A stretch of 64,000 nt of DNA, from the NCBI GenBank assembly GCA_964016885.1, contig OZ024742.1, positions 91,450,001-91,514,000 on the forward strand, written 5' to 3'. The stretch's first letter is position 1, and every line of letters begins with the position of its first letter. Positions 28,985 to 43,776 of the stretch are shown piece after piece. Origin of the DNA: Eledone cirrhosa (taxonomy: Eukaryota). The position numbers and the translations under genes are program-made. A model generated the notes under the pieces. The model worked only from the letters and a program-made list of their open reading frames with translations, searched no databases and had not been told where the DNA came from.

Positions 28985-29185
28985 GGTAAAAACGAGTTAG
29001 ACCATTACACATCAGAATACTCGATACTTGGGGTAGTAGAGTGGGTAATATGAAAAATTTCAGGACCCCGACGGCTGAAGTCCGGCCGTTTCAACAGCTT
29101 GTCGGATCTAGCTGTCGAAACGGCCGGAGCTCAGCTGTAGGGGTCCTGAATCTTTTCCTATTACCCACTCTACTAGTGGGTAATA
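28985..29185. repeat. Palindromic half-hammerhead repeat (same family as 28151 and 42581)
   Basis: GTAGAGTGGGTAAT..GACCCCGACGGCTGA..GCCGTTTC / GAAACGGCC..TCAGCTGTAGGGGTC..ATTACCCACTCTAC. Confidence 0.75.
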
Positions 29186-29863
29186 TATATATATATATAT
29201 ATGTGTGTTTGTGTTTGTGTGTGTGTGCGTGTGTGTGTGGGGGGAGTGGGGGTGCGCGTGTGTGTTTATTGAAGTTATATCTGTATAAATACAGAGTGTG
29301 TAACCTAAATTGCATCAAATTGTATAAATATATACACATATCTAATATATAGGCATGTAAATATGTAAATATGCCAGAAAGTACAAATTTCTCTGTAAGT
29401 TAAAGAAATGGTAACTATAAATAAACATATAACCTTGCATGTTTGTTTTTTTAAAACCCTTATAAAAAAGTCTGCGTAATATGCACTTGAACCTTACTGC
29501 CTGCCTCAAAGTTCCATGATTTTTAACTCTTCCCGCTAACTTGATATTGTCTTATGGTATTCATTATTATTTTTTTTGTTTTGAATACTTTCTGAAGAGA
29601 TATGGTTGGGATGAAGCACCCATAATGGAAATAATTGTTAACTAATAATTGTTTACTAATAATTCTCCAGTGGCTCAGCAAATGGATGAGATATTCTAGC
29701 CGTATTGAAACGTTCGTAAGGACGTATGAATAAATAATAATTTCTTAACGTTGACTTTCTTACAATTTTGAATATATATATATATATATTAAATAATGAT
29801 GCTTACGCTATACTGGTGTATTAAGTACCCTTTTTAACTGTTGTTACCCCCGATTTTACGCAG

Positions 29864-29982
<119 letters not shown>

Positions 29983-30005
29983 GTGTGTGTGTATATATGT
30001 ATATA

Positions 30006-30051
<46 letters not shown>

Positions 30052-30212
30052 TGTATGTGTGCATAAGCACATACATACACACACATGTACACATAAGTTT
30101 GTTTCTCTTTAGCATTTCCGGTTGGTCAATTCATGAAAAATAAAACAAATATCTTCCAGTTAGGTACTTAAGGAAATCATTTTGATTGCATCAGCGAACT
30201 ATGTGGTATTAC

Positions 30213-30310
<98 letters not shown>

Positions 30311-30427
30311 ACGCATAGGCATAAGCACATACACACACGCACACAGACCCAGACACTCATACACACAGACGCATAGGCACAAAAAGGCAAACGCATATAC
30401 AGACGCACACACAGACACGCACACACA

Positions 30428-30468
<41 letters not shown>

Positions 30469-31000
30469 GTGCATGTATGTATGTTTGTACATATATACGG
30501 ACATACGTATGTTTATATGTGTGCCGGGGTTTATGTGTCTAAATACGAATAGAAGCAACAATAACAACAAAAGTATTCAGAAAACGACACAAACAATAAG
30601 TAAGGTAATGTAAAATTTCCGGCGTATATTCTTGTGAGCATCAATGGCTTGCACCTGCACCTGCATCCTCCTCTACTTCCTCTACCACCTCCAACTATTC
30701 CTCCTTCTCCTCGTCGTTGTCGTCTTTGTCCTCCCCCTCCTCCTTCCCATCATCATCATCATCCTCCTCCTCTGTAGTCACTAAGAAGGTCACAGAAAGT
30801 ATGGCGAAAGAGCTTTGACAAGCAAGAAATAAACAGCCATCCGGTTGTTAAACTAAAAATGGGAAATTATAATAATAAATTGAAGTGAACCCAATAGGTG
30901 CGTGTGTTTTTATTGACTGCATGACCTTCCAAAAGTATAACAATATATGTTTCAACACTCATTTTTAGATAAGATATCTTGCACAACAAATACAAAAACG

Positions 31001-31079
<79 letters not shown>

Positions 31080-31441
31080 AAAGGTAAACAGAAATAACAA
31101 CACAATCGGTACAGTATATGGAAGGGATATATAAGGTTAACGCTTGATATAGCATGAAGAGGGTCTTAACGTTTCATCAGAAGAAAGAATGAGAAGAGAA
31201 ATAAGATAGATTGAGGGGATGGGCGGGCTGGAATTGGAAAAAATTTCTTCAGATAAAAATAACAGGTCCATTCATCAAGACATCTCTTTAGCGGAGACGC
31301 TGGGCGAAGCACTTGATGCTGTTACTGTGTCCGTCTCTCGCTTGGTTGTGCTCGCAAATTTTCCAACGTTATGAGAGATGGAGAGATTTATGGCTATGCA
31401 TGCTACAAGTCAGCATAGCCTCATTTCTCTTCATCTCCCTT

Positions 31442-31481
31442 AACCTTTGATAATCATGAAACTTGTGGAAACGGTAAAGTT
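31442..31481 (+). ncRNA. Probable degenerate hammerhead, U3-A8 core, near the Penelope fragment
   Basis: AACCT-TTGATAA-TCATGA AAC TTGTG-GAAA-CGG-TA-AAGTT; one stem I mismatch. Confidence 0.45.
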
Positions 31482-31885
31482 GTAAATTATTGTAAAAAAA
31501 ATGGTATTTTCAACTTCTTTTCCAAATATTTTTACACGTGTATCAAAAACCTTACTCTCCAACACATATATATGTAAATAGTGGTAGAACACTGGAAGGT
31601 AATATCCGTAGTAGTAGAGCACTCAGTCCATGGGACGAGTTAGGTAGAAGTGGTTACACAACAGTTAGTTCACCATACCGAGAACAATTGTTTCACCTTA
31701 GCGGATCCTCAGCTCGTAATGGACATGGTTATACGGAACAGGAAGGACAACCGTACGAATGCGCATGCGCAGAAACCGTCACTTCACACAGGCAATACTA
31801 AAAAGCGTGCGAGAGGTGTAAGGGAGATAACTGCGAAAGTCCGAAAAGTTTCTAGTTGATAAGAAAATTAGGATGTTATTGTGAT

Positions 31886-32332
31886 TCAATCCGGAGCTTT
31901 GTAGTTATGTAAGAGGCGTTTCGAGACGTGTGGACAACGTGCGAAGAATTCATTTCTCGTGTTTAGGCAATCACTATTGCATAATCTGTTTAGAATATTT
32001 ATTCGTTCATCAATAGATAGTTCACACGACGGATTTCCCCTTGCGTATGGCTTGGACTTAGTGATGGCTTTCCATTGAATGGAGTAGTCTATACTTGAGT
32101 CCTTGAGGGACCATACGTGGCTCGCGAGTTTCGTGGATGAACGTCTGTCCGGGTACCTAAAGGTCAACTGGTGGTTCAGGAAGCGTTCCTTAAATCAGCC
32201 CTCCGCCATACCCACATAGGATTTGACCTCCTGTGGTTGATTTGGTCGGTTGGAAGTGACCACAGCTTCATAAATTACAGCGGGTGTGTTGCATTGATGT
32301 TGAAGGGGACAAGCTTCGGACTTACGACAAGA

Positions 32333-32336
<4 letters not shown>
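31886..32336 (-). mobile_element. Penelope-like element GIY-YIG endonuclease fragment (5'-truncated at (TA)n)
   Basis: Manual translation CSCRKSEACPLQHQCNTPAVIYEAVV...KSYVGMAEG*FKERFLNHQLTFRY...TKLASHVW...CELS...LNTRNEFFARCPH. Confidence 0.85.
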
Positions 32337-32364
<28 letters not shown>

Positions 32365-32367
<3 letters not shown>

Positions 32368-33350
32368 TCACAAAACTACCGCCAAATATAACAGTTAACG
32401 GAACACTCTGAGTGTAGTAGATAGGTTTATATATCTTGGAAACATGATCAGTAATGAATGAATGCGGAAATCAATCAGAGACTTCAAAATACCACTTCAG
32501 CATTTGGAAAACTAAAGAAAATGTTATGGGCAGATCGGGGCCTTCATCCTGTAGTCAAAAAAGGTACACAGAGCATGCGTGATAACTTTATTAGTGTATG
32601 GACCTGAGGTATGGACAACATATAAGCGGCACATCATAACTGTCTTAGACAGATTTTAAGAATTAAGTGGACATTTTGACATCACATACAAAAGTAATAA
32701 GGAGGGCTTGTTGTGAAAGTATTGAAAAGTTGCTGAATTACAGCCAGATGTGTTGGATTGGTCATGTTATCAGGATGGACGATACCAAGTTTCCCAAGAG
32801 AGTGTTATATGGAGACCTATTAAAAATTAAAAGACCAAATCATAAACCAAAGAATCTATCCAAAGATGTTATTAGTGATAATTTGAAGATTCGGGATATA
32901 GATATTAGAAAATGGCAATCATTATCGAAAAACATTTGGTTGACGTAGCACGATTAACGATGACTGCGAGTATTTTGAGACAAAACGCACCAAATATTCA
33001 GATCTCAAAAGATCCTTACGAAGGGAAGTAAATAGGGAAATACCAGAAGTTATCAATTTAAAATTTAGATGTAATATGTGCAAAAGAGTACTGCGTTCTC
33101 GAGCTGGTTGCGTTAATCACCAAAAGTTGCATGTGGTTGGCGAGACAAAAGTTGACTATGATGAACTTATGCTGTGGTTGCTAGCAAATTATATTTGTCA
33201 TATCTGTGGAAATATTTGTTGTTCTTAAAGTGGTCTGAGCAGACACTGTAATGGATATAATCAGGGCAGCAATATTCATTTTAAGTGTAGTATTTGTGAG
33301 AAAATATACGGATATGGGGTTGATCATAAGAGCCATATATGTACCCATAA
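32365..33350 (+). mobile_element. Degenerate RTE LINE 3' fragment with C-terminal C2H2 zinc-finger-like motifs
   Basis: VDRFIYLG, WIGHVIRMDDTKFPKRVLYG, then CNMC..SRAG..NH...H and CHIC..SGLSRH. Confidence 0.75.
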
Positions 33351-33544
33351 TCGGGTACTTATCGACCACGTTTGAAGAGGTGGGTTAGCATAATCGACTG
33401 TTAAAATACTCTAAAGATATGTCACCTTATACCTGAGCTAGAAATCATTATGTAGTTTACAGTAGGGCAGTGGTTTGGCAGAATCGGTCGAACGTGAGAT
33501 AAAATGCCATTACGATATTGGTGCAGGCAAATTCCGCCAAGGTC

Positions 33545-33659
<115 letters not shown>

Positions 33660-33878
33660 TCTGCCTGCCTTATGTATGAATGTATGTATTTATGTTTGTA
33701 TGTCTGTATGTATGTTCTGGAGAATAGTTTCTGACAAGAGGTTATGGTGAAATAAATGCACGTACCTGCGGGTTCACATCATTTCACAATTGTGAGGAGG
33801 GATTCTTGGCTGTCAGCATGTTTGGTGACATGTTGCCTAACAAAATTATCTCTGCCCCTCTCTCTATCCCATTCTATC

Positions 33879-33957
<79 letters not shown>

Positions 33958-33976
33958 ACTATCTATCTATCTATCT

Positions 33977-34289
33977 CGAATGAATGGGCCTTCTAAATGG
34001 CACGAGAGAATGGGCCTTCTCTGTATATAAACCTGTAGGTTGAGGAATATAAACAGAGGGAAGACAGGAACTCCTACAAAACGCGTTCCCGGTGTTGAGG
34101 CTTGTTCTAGCCACGGGGTGTAAAACAACCCTGCAGTAACGTTCCTCGCTATTGGCGATTTCAATTGTTATTTTATTATATATAGTTTATTGTTATTTAT
34201 TAATGTTAAAGTTATTTTTATGTAAAACTCCCGCCGTCATGTCTTGTAATGTCCCATTTTTGTACGCCCCTGTGGCAAATAAAGAAAGA
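33977..34289 (+). mobile_element. Tx1/L1-like LINE 3' end only, inside (TATC)n
   Basis: Closely matches 35150-35438 and ends GCAAATAAAGA before (TATC)n. Confidence 0.75.
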
Positions 34290-34343
<54 letters not shown>

Positions 34344-34348
34344 TTATC

Positions 34349-35438
34349 GCCATCTCCAGGTATTCCTGACCGGTGAACCGGTGTGGCTGTCGTTTGTGAG
34401 ACAAGCTCTTCCACAACTCGTCTCACTAACAGAGCTGCAGTCCTGGGTCAAGCGAACACCGAAAATGGATGCGTGGCACCTCGAGTGCCTACGGGCGCTC
34501 ACAGCCCTCTACCAAGCGGAAACGGCAATCAGCGGAGACTCCACTTCGACATTCTATAGGGGATTAGTGGAGGATAAGTGCGACGACGTTCTCGGGGAAA
34601 CTATGCATCGAGGAGGACGAACTGACCAGTCTGTTCGGGAGGACTTTCCGTCCAGGGCCTATGGATAAGTTCCAGAGGTCTCTGGCCTGGCAGTGCTACC
34701 GAGGAGCTCTACCAGTTCGAGACAAAATCTACAGGCACGGACGCCCTGGCAGAGATCCTGCCAAAAGGACCTGTCAAAGAAGCGAGCAGGACATCGAAAC
34801 CGTTCTGCACGCAATTGTTCAGTGCCCAGGGGTGACCGACCTGTGGAATTGTGTCGAACAGCTGCTGTCACGTGTAGGACGCATCCAGTTGTCAGTCGAG
34901 TCCACCGTGAGGATCACCCCGCCGCCTTCATTTAAGAACGAAGGAGAGGCGGTTTTCCTCTGTCTGGTGGCTATGGCGAAAGAGGTAATATGGTGGACGA
35001 GGTTAAAAGGACTGAGGGCAAACACCTTTCTCTCCGGACAACAACTTATCCCCTTCTTTAAGTATCACTTCAGAAGGCAGGTGAGAGTGGAGAGAGGTGC
35101 TACACCACAGTAAATTCGCTGAAAGGTGGGTGAATGTGGAGAAAATGGCCCGAGTGAATGGGTCTTCTCTGTATATAAACGTGTAGGTTGAGTAAGTTAA
35201 ACAGAGGGAAGACAGGAACACCAACAAAACGTGTTCCTGGTGTTGAGGGTTGTTCTATCCACGGGGTGTAAAACAACCCTGCAGTAACGTTCCCTCCTAT
35301 TGGGGATTTCAATTTTTATTTTATTATATATAGTTTATTGTTATTTATTAATGTTAAAGTTATATGATTTTTATGTAACCCGCCCCCCGTCACGTGTTGT
35401 AATGTCCCATTTTTGTACGCCCCTGTGGCAAATAAAGA
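34349..35438 (+). mobile_element. Tx1/L1-like LINE 3' fragment (zf-RVT region plus 3'UTR), inside (TATC)n
   Basis: SLAWQCYRGALPVRDKIYRHG...CQR...ETVLHAIVQC...LW; AATAAA terminus; (TATC)n on both sides. Confidence 0.8.
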
Positions 35439-35549
<111 letters not shown>

Positions 35550-35711
35550 TATCTATCTATATCTCTTCCTCTTTCACCCCTTCTGTCGCTATAGATACAC
35601 ACACAAACATACACACACATCTAGCAACCTATATATAGAACACATAGTAATAGTGACCCAATTATGAGGAAACAAAGATATGTAGCAAAATAAGTGTTAC
35701 CGTTAGCGTGA

Positions 35712-35784
35712 GCCTCCATAGCTCAGAGGTTAGAGCACTGGTCTTGTAAACCAGGGGTCGTGAGTTCAATTCTCACTGGGGGCT
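35712..35784 (+). tRNA. trnT-TGT: tRNA-Thr(TGT), intact cloverleaf
   Basis: Acceptor GCCTCCA/TGGGGGC, D arm GCTC/GAGC, anticodon arm CTGGT-CTTGTAA-ACCAG, T arm GTGAG-TTCAATT-CTCAC; T6 Pol III terminator at 35798-35803. Confidence 0.92.
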
Positions 35785-36005
35785 GTCATATAATGCATTT
35801 TTTAAAAATATTTTTCCTTCCTAAATTGATTGTTACGTACATTTTTGATCCGATACCCTTTCTAAGTGGTGTAAAACTAATTCTTTCTACATTTGGCACA
35901 AGGTCAGTAATTTGAAGGGAACGGGAAAGTCGACTAAATCGACTCCAGTACGTTACTGGTATTTTATTTTATCGACCCCGTAAGGATGAAAGTGGAATAA
36001 AAATA

Positions 36006-36172
36006 ATAATTGTTTCTACTTTAGGCACAAGGCCAGCAATTACCCAGTGCATTACTGGTACTTTATTTTATCGACCCCGTAAGGATGAAAGGCAAAGTCA
36101 ACCTCGGCGGGATTTGAACTCAGATCGTAAAGGGACGTAACTATGCTGGAAAGCATGGCGTCCGACCCTCTC
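36006..36172 (-). mobile_element. tRNA-derived Meta-type SINE (partial copy also at 35880-35992)
   Basis: Reverse complement of the SINE consensus. Confidence 0.8.
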
Positions 36173-36276
36173 TCGAATAAAAATAATAATCATCACTACA
36201 CAGACATATTTATACATATATATATAATGGTTTAGAAAATGTTGCCATTTTCTGCGTTTTAGACAGTAACCCCCCC

Positions 36277-36307
<31 letters not shown>

Positions 36308-36456
36308 ACATTCATACGTATATGCAACTATAATTGTACGTGAATTCAATTACGCTACTTACTAATGACGGTGATGATGATGATGACGAGGTTGATGATG
36401 ATATAGAGTGTGAACTGAATTAAAATGTTTAGAAAGCCATATAAAAAAAACAGCAC

Positions 36457-36516
36457 AGCCACCAGTGTCTTGAACTCACGAGTACTGGTTTACAAGACCT
36501 GTGCTCTAACCTATGA
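36457..36516 (-). pseudogene. tRNA-Thr(TGT) pseudogene
   Basis: Reverse complement AGGTTAGAGCACAGGTCTTGTAAACCAG..GTGAGTTCAAGACACTGGTGGCT; 5' acceptor half lost. Confidence 0.75.
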
Positions 36517-36754
36517 AGGGTCACATTAAATAGCTTCATTTATGTTGTATATATATAAAGGCAAGTTTATAAGGAGCACTGGGTAGCGTTGGGAAATGTT
36601 ATAAATCAAAGTGGAGACAGAGAGAAACGATAGAAACGGAACAAACAGCTTCCTGTCATTAGCCAACAGCTTCGGACATTGCATACAATAGATGCATATG
36701 TGTTTCAAGATATCATGTATGTGTGTGTGTTGTGTGTAAGTGTGTGCATGCGTG

Positions 36755-36786
<32 letters not shown>

Positions 36787-36809
36787 TGTATGTATGTATG
36801 TATGTATGT

Positions 36810-39800
36810 TCTTCTGGTTTTATAATTTCACAGAGTTTTACCAATAGAGAGAGTGAGTCGGTTTCTAACATAGACACAAGACTCTCTCATTGGAATTTAG
36901 AAAACATCAACTAGGTAGATATGTATGTATGCATGCATGTGTAGATATGGATGTTATTGTATGTGTGGATGTGGATGTTTTGAGTTGTATGTGTGCATGT
37001 GTATATGCTTTGTATCTGTACATGTGTATATGTACATTATTAGATGCAAAATTTTTGGAATGTTTTATATATATTTACTGTTCCATTAATGGATTATACT
37101 TGTAGTTTCCTAACTAGTTGTGTTCTTTCTGTTCCTGTGAAGCCTAGCTTCTCAAGATTTGTATTGAGGCAGTTACTAACATATCCCAGTGCCCCAATAA
37201 TCACAGGCATAAATCTGAAGGTGTAATCAGGGTGGAGTATCTGCAGATTTCTTATCAGTTCTGCATAAATATTCTCCTTTTTACTAGCTGGGCAGCTAAT
37301 TTCCACTACTGTGCATGTTTTTTTCTCCCTGTCCCATTTCATAATATCTGGTCTGTTATGCCTGCATTTTATTGGGGTTTTTACTGGAACATTCCACCAG
37401 TACTCTTTCATATTATGTACATGGATGTCTTCCACATTGTTGTAGCTTTGAATGTGTTTATTATCGGGGCTATCTTTTTTACGAACTGCATTGTACAGTG
37501 TTTTGGCCACTACATCATGCCTCATAGGTAGATAGTACCGCGATGACATCTTTGGACAGCTACTGATGACATGGGTGATATCCTCGATGTTAGTTCTGCA
37601 GAGTCTGCACTTGTTATCACATCTAGTTGTTTTGCCTGCATCCGTATCTCTTTTGTGAATCAGGTATTTCGTGCTAATCTCCTGTTCTTGGATTGCAAAA
37701 TCGTATCCTTCAAAGTGGGAGCCAATATAGCGGTTGTTGGTCCAAGATAGACTACTTTCCTTATCTATATTACTCTCACTCTGGAGCTTCCTGGCAACAT
37801 ATCCATGCATGATTTTTTGCTGATAGGCATGCAGTTTTTCATCCATGGATTCACTGCGATACTGCTGAGCGACATCCCTGGGTGTGAGTTTTTCATTATC
37901 ACACAGGGAATATCTCTCAAGGAGTTCCTTCCCAACTCTCATGATCTTATCTGTTTCATGCAGATAGACTTTCTCGAGAAGCAGGCTCCTACGCTTCGAG
38001 GTTCGTAGATGTTGTCGGAGAGATATGATGCGACATTGAAATGTTGTCTGGACCGATCTTAGGCCTCCGCCTCCCTGCTTACGTTTCAAGTAAAGGCGCT
38101 CTATTTCACTGTTGATGTGGAAGTTTCCGGTGTTGTTCAGTATTTTTCGAGTTCCAACATCAACTGCTCTGATTTCGTCTATCGTCCAATTGAGTATTCC
38201 AAACGTTGGTGTTAGGACAGGCACAGCAAACACATTGTGAGCCACTGTTTTGTTTTGCGCAGAGAGTTCCGATGACCAGATCTTTCTTAATCGGGTGTAA
38301 TATTCCCTGGTTACGCGTTCTTTATTACAGATACCATTATAGGATATGTTCTCATCTATACCCAGGTATCTGTAGCAGTCCTCATCAGATATCGGTGAAA
38401 CAATTAGACCATTGATGACAATGTTGCTAGATTAGGTTGTTTTTCCCTGCTTTACAGTCATATATGAGCATTTATCTTGGCCAAACTCCATTCCTATATC
38501 CTTTGAGAACGTTGTAACCATGTCAAGATTTTTCTTCATCCCATCCATGTTCTTGGCATAGAGTTTCAGATCGTCCACAAAGAAGTTATGGGTCAGGTTC
38601 GTATTTCTGTCCTCCTGTGAGCCAATGATGTATCCCTCACATTTCTTGAGCAGAAACGACAAATGGTTTAATGACAAGATGAACAATATCACTAAAAGAC
38701 TGTCCCCCCTGAAATATCCCCCTGCAATATTTTATTTTATCAGTGAAAATAGAGTCCTGCCTCTCTGTCTTTAACCTTAGGATAGTAGCCCAAGAAGAAG
38801 ACAGCCTCTCTATGGCTCTGACAATAATGTCTGGGACTTTAGCAAGTTGGAGGGCCTCTATCATCAAGAGTGGGGAACAGAATCGAAAGCTTTCTTGTAG
38901 TCCAGCCAGACTGTAGTCATATTCCTCCTAAGTTGTCGCACCTCCAACATCGCAGTTTTGTTGATTACGAATTGTTCAGCACATCCCCAAACCCTTTTCT
39001 TTCCAGCTGCTTGCTCATCTGTGATGATGTTATTATTTTCACAGTGATCTTGGAGGAATAGGTTCAGGCAGGTTGTATACATCTTATACATCAGGTTCTG
39101 GCATGCAATGGGTCGGTAGTTTTTTGCCAAGTGGGTGTATTTGTTCTTGGGGACCAGTAACGTTTGTGCTAATGTCAACCATTCTGGTCTAAGTGTATCT
39201 CCCTTAAGAACTTGTTGGTAGAAGTCAGTAAGATACCTCCGATAGAATATTAGTTTTTTGTACCAGTAGCCGACAATCATGTCTCTTCCTGGTGTTTTCT
39301 TATCTTGGAGTTTTCCTATCACAGTCTCAAGGGTACCCTCACTTATTTCGTATGTTTTTGTTGTACAAAAGGAGCAATAGTTCTTTCGGATTTCTCTTAG
39401 CCACACTGCATCTTGGTTGAAATTCTTCTTTTCACCCCATATTTTTCTCCAAAAGGAATCTATGTCTTTCTGGGATGGGGCCTCAGTGACACTTATTATT
39501 TTGCCCTTCATATCTCTATAGACTGATGTTTGGTTTCGTCTGAATCTTTTATTAAGCATTTTTCTCTCATCTACCTTCTTCAGCTATCGGCGTTTTTCGC
39601 TAACATCTCTCAATTCTTGTTTGAGGGTGATCAGCTTATATTGGAGAGTTCTGGTTCTACTGTTACCAAACATCGTCTCTATTTTATTTTTCACTCTTTG
39701 TTGGTGAGGAATGAGGTTTTTTTGTGTTCGTTTGCATGTAAGGAGCATTGTCACATGTCCTATGTTTTTTCGTGGGTCAGCACTCTTTTTTTCTATTTTA

Positions 39801-40900
39801 GTTATATATGATGGCATTTTCGGTGGTGTTTTGTTCTTGTTAATATCTCTGCTATCACCAAGATAATGCTTCACTGTCATTGCTAAGGCGTTGATTTGCC
39901 AAAATGTTGGGTTTTTATCCGTCGTAAATATTCATCCCCTATTTCGTCAATAACACGTAGTATTTCATTATTTGGTTTTTTATTCACCATTGTCATTTTA
40001 ACACGTTCAGCCAGAGAGATATTTATACATGAGTTAATTTCTCTCTGGAAGATTTCGTTGAGGGAAATTTTCAATTGTTTATACTTTTGATTATCATTAT
40101 CGATAATATTTTCTATAACAGTTGAGGTAGAATCGGATGGTATACGTGGTGTCACATTTATTCGATTATTATTATTATCATTTCTTCGATTATTATTATT
40201 ATCGATAGTGTTTTCCCCAGCATTCGAGGTAGACTTAGATGGTACAGGTGGTGTCAAGTTTCTTACAGGCATAGTTGTTTCAAGGCGCTGTTCGACCTGG
40301 CTGCTAGGAAGTCTAGTAGTATGGCGATCTGTAGCACATGTTGTTGATTCCATGTTTGTTGTGGGGGACTTACAATTAATAATATTTATCTTATTTTTAC
40401 GTTCAACAAACGTCGCTTGTTGGCGTAATTCTTTCGCTGTGAAATAATTTAGCTCTGGGTGCATTTCGTCCCAGTGTAGCTTCATTCTATTCATATAGCC
40501 AATGGAGGGATTGTTTTTTGCCATTTTATAACAATTAAATAAATCATTATTAAGTTCGCAACTCCAAGAGAAATGCGATTTATAATTTCGGTTTCTTCTG
40601 TAGCTACAACTGAATAAAGTTTGATTACCTTCTTTGTTATTTGTCTTCGATACTTCCTTAATTTTTTTGTTGATGTTGTGTTCAGCCATGCTGTTTGTAG
40701 CAAATCCTTGTAAAATGAATTATGTATTTATTCGGATATCTTTACGAATTCGAATAAAAGGTGTCTTCAGAAGGGATAGTTAGAAGAATAACCAGTTATC
40801 CAACCTGGCTGTAGTTGTGGCATTACTGTCGGAGATAGTATTCATCTTAAATTTAATAAATAGTCTCCCACGCCAAAATATGTGACTGATCGCGTTGACT
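36810..40900 (-). mobile_element. Near full-length, disrupted RLE non-LTR retrotransposon (R4/Dong-like)
   Basis: Fragmented ORF 40689->37040: N-terminal WSCELNNDLFNCY..GYMNRMKLHW, RT (YRPIAC, DYKKAFDSVPH, GIFQG, FFVDDLKLY), CCHC, RHD, RPDI..VEISCP; several stops and frameshifts; (CATA)n at both ends. Confidence 0.9.
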
Positions 40901-40934
40901 GATGTATGTATGTGTGTATGTATGTATACATTTA

Positions 40935-41610
40935 TATATGTGGCCTGTCTTCTTACAGCCCTGCTATATGGATTCGGAACGTGCACAACTTATAGGCATT
41001 ATATCATCCAGTTGGAAAGATTTCATCAGCATTGTATACGATGTATCCTGAACATCAAGTGGTCTACTGCACACCTGATGGTGCGGTACTTAAGAAAGCG
41101 GGTAGCACTAGTATACAGAAAAGGATTCGTATGAACCAGATGCGTTGGGCTGGTCATGTGGTCAGGATGGAAGATGGAAAGTTGCCTAAACAGTTATTTT
41201 ATGAGGAGCTGACTTGAGGAAACAGGTCACAGCCTAAACCAAAGAAGCGCTTAAAGGATGTCATAAAATACAATCTTAAATCTCTGAAGATTGATATGGA
41301 GTACTAGGAGAGACTGGCTGGAGGCCGTAAGCGAGTGGAGCATCCTGGTTTGAAGCGTTCACTCGGTAGGTGAGACAGAAGTGCAGTGTCTGCAAAAATC
41401 CAGCAGGAATTGAAGAGCAATGTATGTGGCCGATTTTTTTTCTAACACGAGCTGGTTTTGTTAACCATCTGAAATTACACGAGCTGGGGATAAATCGAGC
41501 CAACTGTGAGATGGTTCTATCACCACACACTCCACGGTACATTTGCAGTGAGTTTGACTTATTTTGAAAGTCAGTGGGTGGTCTGACCAGACATGGTAAA
41601 ATGCAAGAAG
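40935..41610 (+). mobile_element. Degenerate RTE LINE 3' fragment with zinc-finger-like tail
   Basis: [58 protein letters not shown]. Confidence 0.8.
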
Positions 41611-41699
41611 ACACACCCCAGGATACAGACAATTCAAGTGTCACATCTGTCAACGTAAATGTGAAACAAAAGCGGTTAATACATACATGCATATATACA

Positions 41700-41847
<148 letters not shown>

Positions 41848-41849
41848 CA

Positions 41850-42561
<712 letters not shown>

Positions 42562-42580
42562 ATATATATATATATATATA

Positions 42581-42768
42581 GGAACAAGTATCACCCCGAC
42601 GGCAGAGCTCAAGCCGTTTCGACGGCTAATTCTGAGTCCAGAATTAGCCGTCGAAACGGCTTGAGCTCTGCCGTCGGGGTCATACTTGTTCCTATTACCC
42701 AATCTACTACCCTAAGTATTGAGTACTTTGGTGCGTTATGGTCCATCTGGTTCCTTACCACATTTCCT

Positions 42769-42772
<4 letters not shown>
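42581..42772. repeat. Palindromic half-hammerhead repeat
   Basis: ACCCCGACGGCAGAGCTCAAGCCGTTTCGACGGCTAATTCTG AGTC CAGAATTAGCCGTCGAAACGGCTTGAGCTCTGCCGTCGGGGT. Confidence 0.85.
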
Positions 42773-42834
<62 letters not shown>

Positions 42835-43564
42835 AATTTCGTATATCTATTTCTATACCGTATATTTAAGAATAAACATTTGGAAACCCTCCTAGCTATG
42901 AATATTAATATCACTAACATCATGGCGAGGGATTAGAAGAATGGGTAAAGCGCCGCATAAAATATATTGTTGTATTTCGGTAAGACTTTCTACGGTCTGA
43001 GTTCAAAACACGTCGGGGTCAATTTTGTCTTTCATAACATATATTACCTGTTAAGGTCTTGAATTGATATAATCTAGTTTCTCCTACCAACCAAATTAGT
43101 TCTGGGATCAATATAAACTAATTTCACCTACCCACTAAATTGGTACCGGGATCGATATAATCTACGTTCCTCAACCCACTAAATTGCTGGCCTTGTACCA
43201 ATGTTAGAAAGAATTATTGTCCTCAGCATCCTCATATTCAGTGTCGATAACGTGTTCTCGTAAGTTAAATTATTATAGATTTAAGTACCTTTGGCATGGA
43301 CTTTGTATATATAATATTTACAATGAATATGATATCTAATAATTTTGAATATGTTGGTTGCTTGATTAATTTCAATGAGGAGAAATCAAGTGAGGTGCCG
43401 CTAAACTAAATCTGTTGTGACACACACACAAGCACAAAACACATTAGCTTTTTCCACCATTATTCAACACCTATATTCACCATTATATACAACACATGGT
43501 GAATATTTAAGAGAGTTAACATAAATATATTAAAATTGCAGTATAAAGATTCATTCAAATGTGT

Positions 43565-43612
43565 GCCTCCATAGCTCAGAGGTTAGAGCGCTGGTCTTGT
43601 AAACGAGGAGCT
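43565..43612 (+). pseudogene. tRNA-Thr(TGT) pseudogene, T arm deleted
   Basis: GCCTCCATAGCTCAGAGGTTAGAGCGCTGGTCTTGTAAACGAGGAGCT. Confidence 0.8.
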
Positions 43613-43776
43613 GTAATTTATTATTTTTTAATATTCTCTCTAAGCATTCTGCCTCTTACTTTTTGCTCAGCTGTCACATTTCTGTTTTAAATTTACCCTC
43701 TAAACGGTTTATTACAGCGCACACTCTATATCATTGTCATGATCATCATCATGTTCATCACACTGCTAAAATATCC

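Noticed and set aside
32186-32205. In-frame TGA in the PLE endonuclease as selenocysteine (Naiad-type recoding)
   Set aside because: The TGA falls at a position that is not normally Cys (EG*FKER) and I cannot identify a SECIS element; more likely decay
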